From the NCBI GenBank assembly GCA_963514005.1, contig OY740784.1:107384001-107448000 (forward strand): a DNA stretch of 64,000 bases, read 5' to 3'. Position 1 is the first letter of the stretch. Each line of letters opens with the position of its first letter. A program made the position numbers and the translations under genes. A model generated the notes under the pieces. That model made no database searches. It had not been told where the DNA came from and saw nothing but the letters and a program-made list of their open reading frames with translations. Source of the stretch: Raja brachyura. Lineage: Eukaryota. Positions 52,251-64,000 of this stretch are shown piece after piece.

Positions 52251-52469
52251 ACTCAATGTATGTTGGCAGAGCAACGTTTCTTCCACTGACAAGGCACATT
52301 ACAGCTTAAGACATGGTATCGAGTCCAGCAATTTCAGATGAATCCGTGAATTGGATGCAGTATCGTATTTATGATGTCACAGGGTTGCAATTCCCATGAA
52401 AGCTACATAGCAAATTCAACATTTAGAAGACTTTGTTGTTTTAAATAATATCTCAGGACCTGGACATAA

Positions 52470-53480
52470 TTAGCAAGACCGACACAATGTTCTATCTTGA
52501 GAGGATTGTGGTGAGTTGCCTTCTTCAACTTCTGCAGTCCTCCTGGTGAATCCACTCCTATGTCATTGCTACAACGGATGTAATGGCAATTTCTTAACTT
52601 TCCAATTATAGAATCTAGACCCGGTGAAAGCCTTCTAATTCAGGACTTTGGGGGAAAAGTGCAGGTAGTGGTGATCCATGCACCTGCAGCTCATCCTTCT
52701 TGGTGGTGTAGGTCATGCGTCTAAGTGAGGATGAGAACTTGGCGTAGCCTGGGAACAAACTGCAGAGCAATTCATAGACGGACACACTGCATGCACTTTG
52801 TGCCGCTGGATTTAATGAACATCCAAGATGGTGGAAGTGACACATGTCAAGCTTTCAGCTTTGGCCTTGATGATGGCAAGATATAACGCTCTCTGTTTCC
52901 CATTGCATCGCTTGACAAGTAAAGACTATTCCATCGTGGTCCCTGATTTTTACATTGTGGAAAGGCATTTTGAGGTGCCATAAACCGAGCCCCTCATCAC
53001 TGGATTCCCAGCCTCTGAGCTGCTATTGTGCCCACAGTATTTGTGACTGATTCCGCTAACTTTCAGCTTAATAGTGATCCCCTTGATGTTGATGGCAGAG
53101 GATCAGACGATGATATTAAGGATAGGTAGGAGGTTGGTCACGCTTGGAATGGTGATTTTTTTTTTGCGGCACATAACTTATTCATACTTATTAGCCCGTG
53201 CATGCAGTTTCAGTCTTGCTAGGTTTATTAATGTCATGTGTACCGAGATGTAGTGAAAAGCTTAGTTTTGCATGCTATCCCAACAGATCAGATGTACTAT
53301 ATATAAACGCAATCAAGTCAAACAGCTCCTTAATTTGCTGAGCTACAATCATCAGCGAACATCACCATTGTTAGAAAAACATAATTGATAAAGCAGCTGA
53401 AGATGATTTGACCAAGGACACCCTCCCAAAAACCAGTCTATTCCGGGAGCTGGGAAAATTGGCATTCAACCACCATAATC
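52470..53480 (-). mobile_element. Older CR1/L2-group LINE fragment
   Basis: Reverse-strand LGQIIFSCFIN and MFADDCS motifs at about 53340-53415, plus a decayed 3' region. Confidence 0.6.
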
Positions 53481-54199
53481 ACCATCTAAATGTGCAAGAT
53501 GTTATTCTAGACACAAGTGCTTTCCCCTTGGCCTTAATGTTATATATATCTTTTAAATATTGAGTTTTAAATCTTTTAATTTCCCAGGCCCAAATAGAGA
53601 ACCCAGGTTGTTAAGAGAAACAAAGGAAGAAATAAAAGATTCTGACCATCATGTTCTTAACCATTTGGCTTCAGGCTTGGTGCCAAGGGATCAGATGGTT
53701 ACCAATATGGTTCACTGTTTGAAAAAGAGAGAGAGACACACACACACACACACACACAGTAATCATGGATCAGTCAGCCAGATATCAGTGGTGTATACAT
53801 TTAAGGTTCAGCATAAACAGACACAGCCACATATAGTGCCCTCCATAACGTTTGGGTCAAAGACCCAACATATATTTATTTGCCTCTGTACTCCACAATT
53901 TGAGATTTGTAATAGAAAAAAAATCACACGTGGTTAAAGTACACATTGTCAGATTTTATTAAAGGGTTTTTTTTAAATACATTTTGGTTTCACCATGTAG
54001 AAATTACAGCTGTGTTTATACGTAGTCCCCCCCATTTCAGGGCACCATAATGTTTGGGACACATGCTTTCACGGGTGTTTGTAATTGTTCAGGTGTGTTT
54101 AAAATGACTCCTTAGTGCAGGTATAACATAGCTCTCAGCACCTAGTCTTTCCTCCAGTCTTTCCATCACCTTTGGAAACTTTTATTGCTGTTTATCAAC

Positions 54200-55605
54200 G
54201 CGAGGACCAAAGTTGTGCCAATGAAAGTCAAAGAAGCCATTATGAGACTGAGAAACAAAAATAAAACTGTTAGAGACATCAGCCAAACCTTAGGCTTACC
54301 AAAATCAACTGTTTGGAACATCATTAAGAAGAAAATTGTGAGTTTACTAATCGCAAAGGGACTGGCAGGCCAAGGAAGACCTTCAGAAGAATTCTCTCTA
54401 TAATAAAGAAAAATCCCCAAACACCTGACAGATCAGAAACACTCTTCAGGAGTGGATTTGTCAATGACTACTGTCCGCAGAAGTCCTCATGAACAGAAAT
54501 ACAGAGGGTAAACTGCAAGATGTAAACCGCTGGTTAGTCGCAAAAATAGGATGGTCAGGTTACAGTTTGCCAAGACGTACTTAAAAGAACAACCACAGTT
54601 CTGGAAAAAGGTCTAATGGACAGATGAGGCAAAGATTAACATAGAGTGATGGCAAGAGCAAGGTATAGAGGAGAGAAGGAACTGCCCAAGATCCAAAGCA
54701 TACAACTGCCCAAGATTCAAAGCATCACAAGGACATCCTTGTAATTGAGGCAATGCAGCGTAGGTTCACAAAATTGATCTCTGGGATGGCGGGACTGTTA
54801 TATGAGGAAAGAATGAAAAGACTAGGCTTGTATTCACTGGAGTTTAGAAGGATGAGGGAGAATCTTATAGAAACATATTAAATTATAAAAGGACTGGACA
54901 AGCTAGATGCAGGAAAAATGTTCCCAATGTTGGGGGCCACAGTCTTAGAATAAAGGGGAGATAATTAAAGACTGAGGTGAGAAAAAATGTTTTCACCCAG
55001 AGAGTTGTGAATATATGGAATTCCCTGACACAGAGGGCAGTGGAGGCCAAGTCACTGGACGGATTTAAGAGAGAGAGCTCTAGGGGCTAGTGGAGCACCT
55101 ATTGTCTATATTTCATACCACCTCATCTGCGAAACACGGTAGTGGTTTCATGGCCTTGGCATGTAATGGCTGCTGAAGGTACTGGCTCACTGATCTTCAT
55201 TGATGATACAACTGCAGATGGTAGTAGCATAATGAATTCTGAAGTATATAGACACATCCTATCTGCTCAAGTTCAAACAAATGGCTCAAAACGTATTGGC
55301 CAGCAGTTCTTTCTACAGCAAGACAATGATCCCAAACATACTGCTAAAGCAACAAAGGAGTTTTGCAAAGCTAAAAAATGGGCAATTCTTGTCAATCACC
55401 CGATCTGAACCCAATTCACCATGCCTTTTATATGCTGAAGAGAAAAGTGAAGGGGACTCGCTCCCAAAACAAGCATTAGCTAAAGATGGTTACAATACAG
55501 GCCTGGCAGAGCATCACCAGAGAAGACCCCCAGCAACTGGTGATGTCCATGAATCGCAGACTTCAAGCAGTCATTACATGCAAAGGATATGCAACAAAAT
55601 ACTAA
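54200..55605 (+). pseudogene. Tc1 DDE transposase pseudogene
   Basis: HTH region VRDISQTLGLPKSTVWNII, GRP, WTDEAKIN, QQDNDPKH, SPDLNPI, KGYATKY*; frameshifts, stops and a CR1 insertion. Confidence 0.92.
54728..55112 (+). mobile_element. CR1 3' fragment nested in the Tc1 transposase
   Basis: KDILVIEAMQRRFTKLISG..RLGLYSLEFRR; tail cctattgtcta. Confidence 0.9.
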
Positions 55606-55766
55606 ACATGATTACTTTCATTTACATGACATTGCTGTGTCCCAAACATTATGGTGCCCTGAAATGGGGAGATTACGTACAAAAAACAGTGCTGTAATTT
55701 CTACGTGGGTGAAACCAAAATGTATCAAAATGGCCTTTATTAAAATCTGACAATGTGCACTTTAAC

Positions 55767-57661
55767 TAGAGTTAAAATTGGCATGTAGTAAAGGCAATGC
55801 TACGGTTGTTATGGGAGCTTCAACATGGGACTGGGAAAATCAGGTTGCCACTGACCCCAAGAAAGGGAGTTTGTGGAATGCCTCTGTGATGGATTCTTAG
55901 AGCAGCTTGTATTGAAGTCTACCAGGGAGAAGGCAATTCTGGATTTAGTGTTATGTAATGAACCGGATTTGATAAAGGAACTTGAAGTTAAGGAGCCATT
56001 AGGAGGTAGTGACCATAATATGGTCAAGTATAATCTACAATTGGAGAGGGAGAACGGTAAATGGGAGATGTCAGGGTTACAGTTGAATAAAGGGGACTAT
56101 GGAACCATGAGGGAAGAGCTGGACAAAGTTGACTGAAAAAATACCCTAGCATGGATGACAGTGGAACAACAATGGCAGGTATTTCTGGGAATAATACAGA
56201 AGGTGCAGGATCAGTTCATTCCAAAGAGGAAGAAAGTGTCCACGGGGAGTAAGGGGCGACTGCGGCTGACAAGGGACGTCAGGGACAGTATAAAATTAAA
56301 AGAGAAGTACAACGTATCAATGATGAGCGGGAAGCCAGAGGATTGGGTAATGTTTAAAGAGCAATAGAAGATAACTAAAAAGGCAATACGGGGAGAAAAG
56401 ATGAGGTACGAAGGTAAGCCAGCCAAGAATATAAAGGAGAAGCTTATTTAGGTATGTGAAGAGGAAAAAAAATAGTTAAGACCAAAGTTGGACCCTTGAA
56501 GACTGAAAAAGGTGAATTTATTATGGGGAACAAGGAAATGGCAGATGAGTTGAACAGGTACTTTGGATCACTAAGGAGGACACAAACAATCTTCCTGATA
56601 TACTAGTGGCCATGGGATCTGGGGTGATGGAGGAACTGAAGGAAATCCACATTAGGCAGGAAATGGTGTTGGGTAGACTGATGGAACTGAAGGCTGATAA
56701 ATCCCCAGGGCCTGATGGTCTGCATCCTAGGGTACTTAGGAAGTGGCTCTAAAAATCGTGGATGTATTGGTGATAATTTTCCAATGTTCTATAGATTCAG
56801 GATTAGTCCCTGTGGATTGGAGGGTAACTAATGTTATCCTACTTTTTAAGAAAGGAGAGAGAGAAAACACTCCGTCATTTTCGCCACCTCCAACGTGACC
56901 CCACCACTCGCCACATCTTCCCATCTCGCCCTGTCTGCTTTCCGTAAATAACGCTCCCTCCGTAATTCCCTGGTCAATTCTTCCCATCTCGCCCCCTCCC
57001 CGGGCACTTTCCCGTGCAACCATAAGAGATGCTAGACTTGTCACTTTACCTCCCCCTCGACTCCATTCAAGGACCCAAGCAGTCATTCCAGGTGCGACAG
57101 AGTTTCACCTGCACCTCCTCCAACCTCATCTATTGCATCCGCTGCTCTAGATGTCAGCTGATCTACATCGGTGAGACCAAGCGTACGCTTGGCGATCGTT
57201 TCGCCGAACACCTCCGCTCGGTCCGCAATAACCAATCTGATCTCCCGGTGGCTCAGCACTTCAACTCTCCCTCCCATTCCGAAGCCAACCTTTCTGTCCT
57301 GGGCCTCCTCCATAGCCAGAGTGAGCACCACCGGAAATTGGAGGAGCAGCACCTCGCAGTTTACACCCCAGCGGCATGAACATTGACTTCTCCAATTTCC
57401 GGTAGCCCTTATTGTCTCCTCCCCCTCTGCTCTCCCTCAACCCTCTGGCTCCTCCTCCTCCTTTTTCTCTGCCTCAGAGGCTGGCTCTCTGGATACTTTC
57501 AAGAGAGAGCTGGATAGGGCTCTTATAGATAGCGGAGTCAGGGGATATGGTGTGAAGGCAGGAACGGGGTACTGATTGGGGATGACCATCCATGATCACA
57601 TTGAATGGTGGTGCTGGCTCGAAGGGCCGTATGACCTACTCATGCACATATTGTCTATTGT
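55767..57661 (+). mobile_element. CR1 (endonuclease to RT N-terminus, then 3' UTR) nested in the right Tc1 TIR
   Basis: AILDLVLCNEPD..SDHN, KSPGPDG, VPVDWRVTNVI; the RT core is missing; tail tattgtctattgt. Confidence 0.9.
56868..57465 (+). pseudogene. Neptune-type Penelope GIY-YIG endonuclease remnant
   Basis: Cys-rich linker PCNHKRC*TC, then FTCTSSNLIYCIRCSRCQLIYIGETKR..DRFAEH..VAQHFN..LEEQHL..GMNIDFS; stop at about 57405. Confidence 0.9.
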
Positions 57662-59379
57662 CACATGTGATTTTTTTATATTAAAAAATCTCAAATTGTG
57701 GAGTACAGAAGCAAATAAATAAATGATGGGTCTGGCCCAAATATTATGGAGGGCGCTGTCGATCCAGGACAGGCAACCTGGATTTGTCCGGGGAAGTCTT
57801 CACCAACTAGGTTGACATTTTCAGGCGAAGGCGATTAGGAGGTCATGGCACACGTTGGTGTTAAAAAACGCACTTTGTTTTTTAAGGGCACCATCTCAAC
57901 AATAAAGTCTGCGTTTACAAAATGTTTACAAAATCAGTTGGTAATTTTTCCAGTGAAGAGGAAAGTAATTTTTCAAGTGAAGTGACTTTGAGTCGGGCAA
58001 TGTCACAGCAATGAACAAAGCCACTATTTTAGCTACCACTCTGGGCTGGAGCCAGACTGGCCGTGACCCCATTCATTCCCACTGCTAGAGGCCAGGTTTA
58101 CTGCCAGCCACACTCCAGGGCAACGGGCACAATTCCAGTCCCACCTCCAGCCCCATTACTACAAGCAGCTTCATGCCAAACTTGCCATCAACCACACTCC
58201 CGGGTGGGATCCAAGACAAAGTGACAAATAGTTTCAAAATCTAGCTCAGCGGGAGAAAGCAAAGAGCAATAGTTGGCAAGAACTTTATCAACTGGAGGGC
58301 TAAAGACATTAGATCTGTATGTCAAATATTCAGATGGTGCTCGGCAGATGAAATGTTAAACCAAGATTTCAAACTTCAAAAATTCATCTTAAGTACCAAC
58401 TGCAAATTTTTTCCAATATTTGGACAATGTTTCTCCCTCTACAACCAAAAATGAGAAAAATAAGCTTTACAATATTTATGGCGAAACATCATCCTGACTC
58501 TGGGGCAGATTTCCCAGCCTCAGCCCTGCAGTTCATCCTCAGTCGACAACGTCTATGAAAATTAGACGGCAGAAATTATTTCCTAATCAGAAATGGTTTG
58601 TGTGCCTCGGGGAAAGATCTGATGCCACAAGGAGTTCCAAACGCTTAATTATAGCTCTAAATATAGTGATATTTAGATTTTCACCTTAATCTTATTCTGC
58701 TGTCCCAGAGTGTCCCAATCAAACTAATCACTACAGACTTTCTCCCAAGAATAGAAGTTCTATTATAAATCCTACTGCTGGGAACATGGCAGCACAAGAC
58801 ACAAAAAATCTCGTCCAAAATTCGAGATTCTAACAATCTGGGTGTAGCATGTATTTTTAATTTCCATAATTCAGATTCTCTCTGTCAAGCACCCTCTAAT
58901 TTGTATACACACATTACTGCAATAGCCCATCTTGCTATGTTGTACCTACTCCTTCATTAATTATGATCATGACTGATCTTCCATCTCAGCTCCAGTAATA
59001 AAGTCAAATTAAAATCAGACATTCACTTGTGGGGGGGAATGGACAGATGATGTTTTGGGTTGGGACCATTCTTCCGATTAAAAGCATGAAGAGTCCCGAC
59101 CCAAAATGTTGCCTGTCCATTCCCTCCCCAGATGTGTTACGCACAAGATTTGAGCATCAGCAGTTTCATGTGTCTCTATTACTTATCGGTGTACAAATCA
59201 ACTGTAAGTGCCAATCACAGCAAACAGGATCCTCTGTCAACTTAACCTACCAGAGATTACATAAACAGAGCCTCTGGCCAGCAATGTCCGGGCAGACCAT
59301 CAATTACCCATCTATACTAATTCCATTTACTGGCACTTGATCAGTGGCAGTAAATGTAACTGTTTGCCTAGGTACACTT

Positions 59380-59750
59380 AAATCTTTTGCAGACAAACCA
59401 CTTTTACCATCCACTTCAAGCAGTCTGTTCCTTATGCAAACACCCTCACAGTGAAAATATTATTCTTCAAATCCCTTCTAAACCTATTGTTCCTTACCCT
59501 AAACCTATGTCCTCTAACTTTTGACATATCTCGGGTAACGTTCACTACCACCTACTCTGTATATGCCCGTCCTCTTGGTGGTCTTATTATCTGTGGCCCT
59601 GTTAATGAAAGCTAGTGTCTCAGAAACTGTCTTCACCACCTTCGCTATCTCTGCTGCCACCATCAACAATCCTTGGATTTACACACCAAGGTTCCTCTGT
59701 TCCTTTACTGTTCCCTTGGGTCTTGCGATTCATTGTGTATATTCTATTAT
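59380..59750 (-). mobile_element. Old CR1 fragment
   Basis: Reverse-strand QRNLGV..LMVAAEIAKVVK motif and a decayed TRGH region. Confidence 0.55.
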
Positions 59751-60074
59751 TAATCCTCCTTCAGAGAATTATACTTTTACGCAAAGGCTGCTCTGTCAAC
59801 TTGGGCCTCGTCTATATTCAGATCTGGAACTCGATGGGAACAAAGGAAGTCCATTCAATCCCTCAATTTTGCCCTACCATCTACATCATGGCTAACATAT
59901 TCTCAAAATGTCCCACGGTTCAGCAGGAATTTAACAGCAGGCCTGAAATGAAAGTGAGCCGAGCTTGACAGACTTTCCGTTCCCGTATTTATTTGGGTGG
60001 GGCATCGTTTACAAATTCTCTGACAAATTATCCACTTGACAACACAGATTTCAGGGACAGTAAACTGCAAACAT

Positions 60075-63000
60075 CAGGGCTGCCAACATTGGGTGAGAGT
60101 TGGGAGACCAAGCCCGAGCGAGGCGTAGGTGCCTCCCCCTCCCATGGTATGGAGCTTTTGCATTTTTCAGCTTGAAATTGTGCAATCTGTGCATACTGTA
60201 GCGAGTCTTTTTAAAGTACACTTGAAAGCAATATTTATGCTTTAAATTGGATTAGCTATGAATATGGTTAGGCTAAATTACATTCCACAGTAAAGCCAGG
60301 CTCTGATCAACAGGTGCAGCACAGGAATCATCTTAATGTAATCATGTATGGAGATCAGATTATAATCAAGCACTTGGCCCATGTTGACCAATCTGGGTCT
60401 CACTGCCCACCTGGTATTACTCCTGACCCTGACTCCAGTTGCATACCTTCTCGCATTCCTGACCCCGAGTCCAGCCTTACACCTGGGCTCCATTCTACCC
60501 TGATCATAGCTGCTTACCTGCTTAGGTTCCCAGTGCTGAACACTCCCAATGTCCCAGCTTTGACTGCACACCTAGTACTATTCCAGACCTTGACTTTGGC
60601 TGCACACTTAGCCTTGCTCCTAGCCCCTCTGCACTGACAATATATCTGGCCCACACATAAAACCCCATATCTGACCCCCCTGGACTTAAGTCCACAGGTA
60701 CTTATCTAATGCGCTAATCTTTTATGGGGCACTTCATGGACCAAATTTTGCATAACAAAATTTGCTGAATCCATTGGCTTCCTTGTTATCCAACATGCTA
60801 GTTACTTTGTCAAAGAAGTCATCAATTGGTTGAACACAATTTCTCATCCATAAAATTATACTCACTCAGCTGTATAAGTATTCTATTACAATTTCCTTCA
60901 TTTTCCTAAATGTCCTGAAGTCATTTTCACCCCAATATTTTCAGTATTTTGCTGTCTTCTTCTCAGCTGGAACTTTTCCGAAATGCAAAGTCCAATAACA
61001 ATATATATATATTAAAGCAATAATATTCTATTTAATGTGATCTTGAGAGTACATAATATTTTCTGTGGTATTCATAACACGACAATGATAAAAAGATTTT
61101 TGTTTTGATTGCACCTACCAACATGCATACATTATTATTTTACAGTTAATATGTACCAAATACAAATTTTTGTTCCAATGCTCCTCATTCCCAATTACTT
61201 TTACATTGAAGTGATTGAAATCCAAGTGAAGTTTAAATGGCATCCGAAAAATAAAACCTTCGGAATGGATGATATTCATTAGGTGGTTGGTTGGAGTCAG
61301 TATCAGAACAATTACTATATTAAACTTTGAATCTTCAGATGTCCTGTTCAAGCTAAAACTAAAGACAAATAATAACCTCCTCACACATTCCCCTGCAAGT
61401 ATCTCTGTCACTCCTTTAAAATATGCCCCTTCTTTGAACAAGCTTTTAAACATTGCATCTGAATCTGATTACACTCCTTGAGGATGTTCATCTATGTGTT
61501 CAATTAATAAAACAACGAGATTGGGGACATTTCTATTCAACTTGTCAAAGGAATTTTGGGGGGGGGGGGGGCGGTGGGTTAGAAATAGTGAGGTAAACAA
61601 ACGTAATAGTTGAGTGGCAAATTACAATAGTGCTACCTTCCCAATATTTAACTGAAGGAAATAATGGGTTATCGGGGCTGTATGTTGTGACAGACACTTT
61701 GCATTTCATTTTAATATTACACTATCCGATCTCCCTGGATAATCCGGATTAATAAGTTACGGTTTTATCAATTAATTACAAATCAGGACAATTACAAATC
61801 AATAACATTAGCCAACTCCGAAATATGAAGCGCTGAGCATTGGGATCCAGACATCACGGACAATTGGCCACAGTTTCCCGCTCACATCTGGATGCTCTCT
61901 GTCTGAACCAGGGGCCGCGGAACGTTTTTGATAGTTGGGGGGGGGGGGGGGGGGGGCTGAGCGATCACTGATCACTGGCCTTGGGGGTACCCGGCGAGGC
62001 AGTGGCACTGGCCGAGTGGGGGGTGGGAGGGGTGCCGGGCTGGCGAGTCACTAGCTGCAGCTCCGGCCATGGAGCAGCTGCAGTGCAAGGGAGGTAGGGA
62101 CTTTTTTTAAATTTGATGTATTAAAATCATGTTTTAGTACATTTTAGATGTATGATTTCAATGTTTTTTGTTTAAAGTATTTTTAAGAGGTAACTTTTTC
62201 TACACTAAGGGTGGTAGGTGTATGGAATAAGCTGCCAGAGGAGGTAGTTGAGGCAGGGACTATCCCAACATTTAAGAAACAGTTGGACTGATACATGGAT
62301 AGGACAGGTCAGGAGGGCTTTGGACCAAAAGCAGGTAGTGTAGCTGGGACATGTACGCGGGTGTGGGCAAGTTGGGCTGAAGGGCCTGTTTTCACACTGT
62401 ATCACTCTATGACTACATTATACCTTCACTATGCATGAATGCTTCAAAGTCACGTGGTCGAGTTTTAATGCCATATACTCAAGCATAGAAACATAGAAAA
62501 TAGGTGCAGGAATAGGCATTCAGCCCTTCGAGCCAGCACTGCCATTCAATATTATCATGGCTGTTCATCTAAAATCAGTACCTCTTTCCTGTTTTTCCCC
62601 CATATCCCTTGATTTCGCTAGCCCAAAGAGCTAAATGTAACTTTCTCTTGAAAACATCCAGTGAATTGGTCTCCACTGCCCTCTGTGGCAGAGAATTCCA
62701 CAGATTCACAACTCTCTGGGTGAAGAAGGTTTGTCCTTATCTCAGTCCTAAATGGCCTACCCCTTATTTTTAAACTGTGACCCCTGGTTCTGAACTCCCC
62801 CAACATGGGGAACATTTTTCCTGCAGTTACAGTAAGTGAAAATCTAGCAGGCAAGCAGGATGCTTTCTCCAACCACCCTTATTTGAAGGCCACTATCTTC
62901 CACCGCTTCTACCCAGTGCTTGGTACCTACTTCCAGCAGCCACTGGTTGTCCTCCAAGATGCACCGAGCCACAGCCTGGTCCATGTCATCACCAGGGCGA

Positions 63001-63682
63001 ATTCAGCACAGACTCACACGGCTGCGGCGCAACGCTTCCGACGGCCCGGGACTCTTGCACTGAGGCTGCTCCATGGCCGGAGCTGCAGCGAGCGGCTCGC
63101 CAGCCCGGCAAACACTCGCCAGCTCTGGCTCCCTGTCCACATCTGCCCCCGCCGCTGCTTCTGCTTCCATCCCTCCGTCCGCCCCAACTCTCCAACACCC
63201 ACGACCAGGTTGCTCAGAGCACAGCAGCGCCTCGTCCAAAGCTGGAGATATTGAAACATGTCTAGCCAAAAAAGTGGGGGGGAGGGGGGGGGGGGGGGCT
63301 GCAGCCTCCCTGTTCCGCAGCCCATGTACCTCTCCCCTGCCGCTCGTCGGCCTCGCTCATGTCAGCCGCTTCCCACAAATTCTTAAATTCTGACTGCCGC
63401 CGGGAGCAGGACATGGCCTTACTTGCTGCGCTGGGTGACACTCATTCACTGTCCCGTCCGTGTCTTTCAATGTAAATTTGCATGGGGACATGGTTTGGAG
63501 GTGTGTGACGGTTCGGTCAAGTGCGAATAACAGAGAATAAGAATGCTGCTGCTCACATACAAGCAATTGTTATTAGTTTTGAAATTCTCGGTCTCACAGA
63601 GCGTGAGAAATTCTGTGATCAGCGTGAGAATTGGGCAAAATGCGCGAGTCTCACGCTCAATGCGTGAGAGGTGGCAGCTCTG
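60075..63682. mobile_element. Possible hAT-like non-autonomous composite element
   Basis: Termini CAGGGCTGCCAAC and GGTGGCAGCTCTG; GTGAGA/TCTCAC subterminal motifs at both ends; flanks aaacat and aagcat. Confidence 0.45.
62185..62825. mobile_element. Two converging CR1 3' ends (62185-62415 +; 62485-62825 -)
   Basis: Tail ctctatgact on +; catagaaacatagaaaataggtgcagg marks the reverse tail; ORF 62618-62872 GKMFPMLGEFRTRGHSL. Confidence 0.85.
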
Positions 63683-64000
63683 AAGCATGTTGCCCCAAAG
63701 ATGCCAAGCAAGAGAACAAATTACTCAGCAAAACAAGGGAACAAATGATAATAATAACAATCCAGACGATAAGGCATGAAAAACTGGTCAAAGCATAACC
63801 AATGAGCCGACCCAGACTCAACATAGTTGAAAAACCATAACGGCAAACTGAAAATGTAGTCTACATATTTTATCTCACTCGTTATAATAGGGCAGTGGAG
63901 AGTATTGTAGAAGAGAGACCCAAGGGTAAATAAAGGTACATAAAAAGACACATAGTCATGAGGTAACTCAGCAGGTCGGGGAGCATTTCTAGAACATGGA

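Larger units (their letters stand above)
53834..57758 (+). mobile_element. IR/DR-type Tc1/mariner DNA transposon (about 1.6 kb without its nested inserts)
   Basis: TIRs of about 230 bp (53834-54063; 55636-55766 plus 57662-57758), each with outer and inner ccataa(c/t)gtttggg direct repeats; TA on the left. Confidence 0.92.

Noticed and set aside
62805-63393. CpG-rich overlapping ORFs resembling a promoter or first exon
   Set aside because: They are better explained as transposon interior, because part of the region is an inverted copy of 62033-62089.

Overview
This is eukaryotic, repeat-dense non-coding DNA, not a prokaryotic window. The repeat inventory (HER1-like CR1 LINEs, HE1-like V-SINEs, a Deu-domain SINE, Neptune-type Penelope-like elements) points to a cartilaginous fish, probably a skate or ray (inference). 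I found no convincing host protein-coding exon, rRNA, tRNA or CRISPR array. Every recognisable ORF is a decayed transposon fragment. Main contents: (i) many CR1 fragments, the longest about 2.6 kb at 8589-11159; (ii) about 20 short Penelope-derived elements, several of them fold-back hairpins with 12-15 bp target-site duplications (TSDs), a 34-nt unpaired tail and a minimal hammerhead-ribozyme-like core (CTGAAGA-A-stem-GAAACGTC); (iii) four PIF/Harbinger-type MITEs that share one TIR but have three different interiors; (iv) an IR/DR Tc1 transposon carrying nested CR1 and Penelope insertions; (v) non-autonomous Helitron-like ends (hairpin + CTAG|T); (vi) a possible hAT-like element with three concentric inverted-repeat pairs; (vii) several repeat-free, homeodomain-site-rich blocks that look like conserved enhancers of a gene desert or large intron. 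There is a 159-N gap at 48078-48236. Family names come from motif recall, not database searches, and boundaries of old repeats are approximate.
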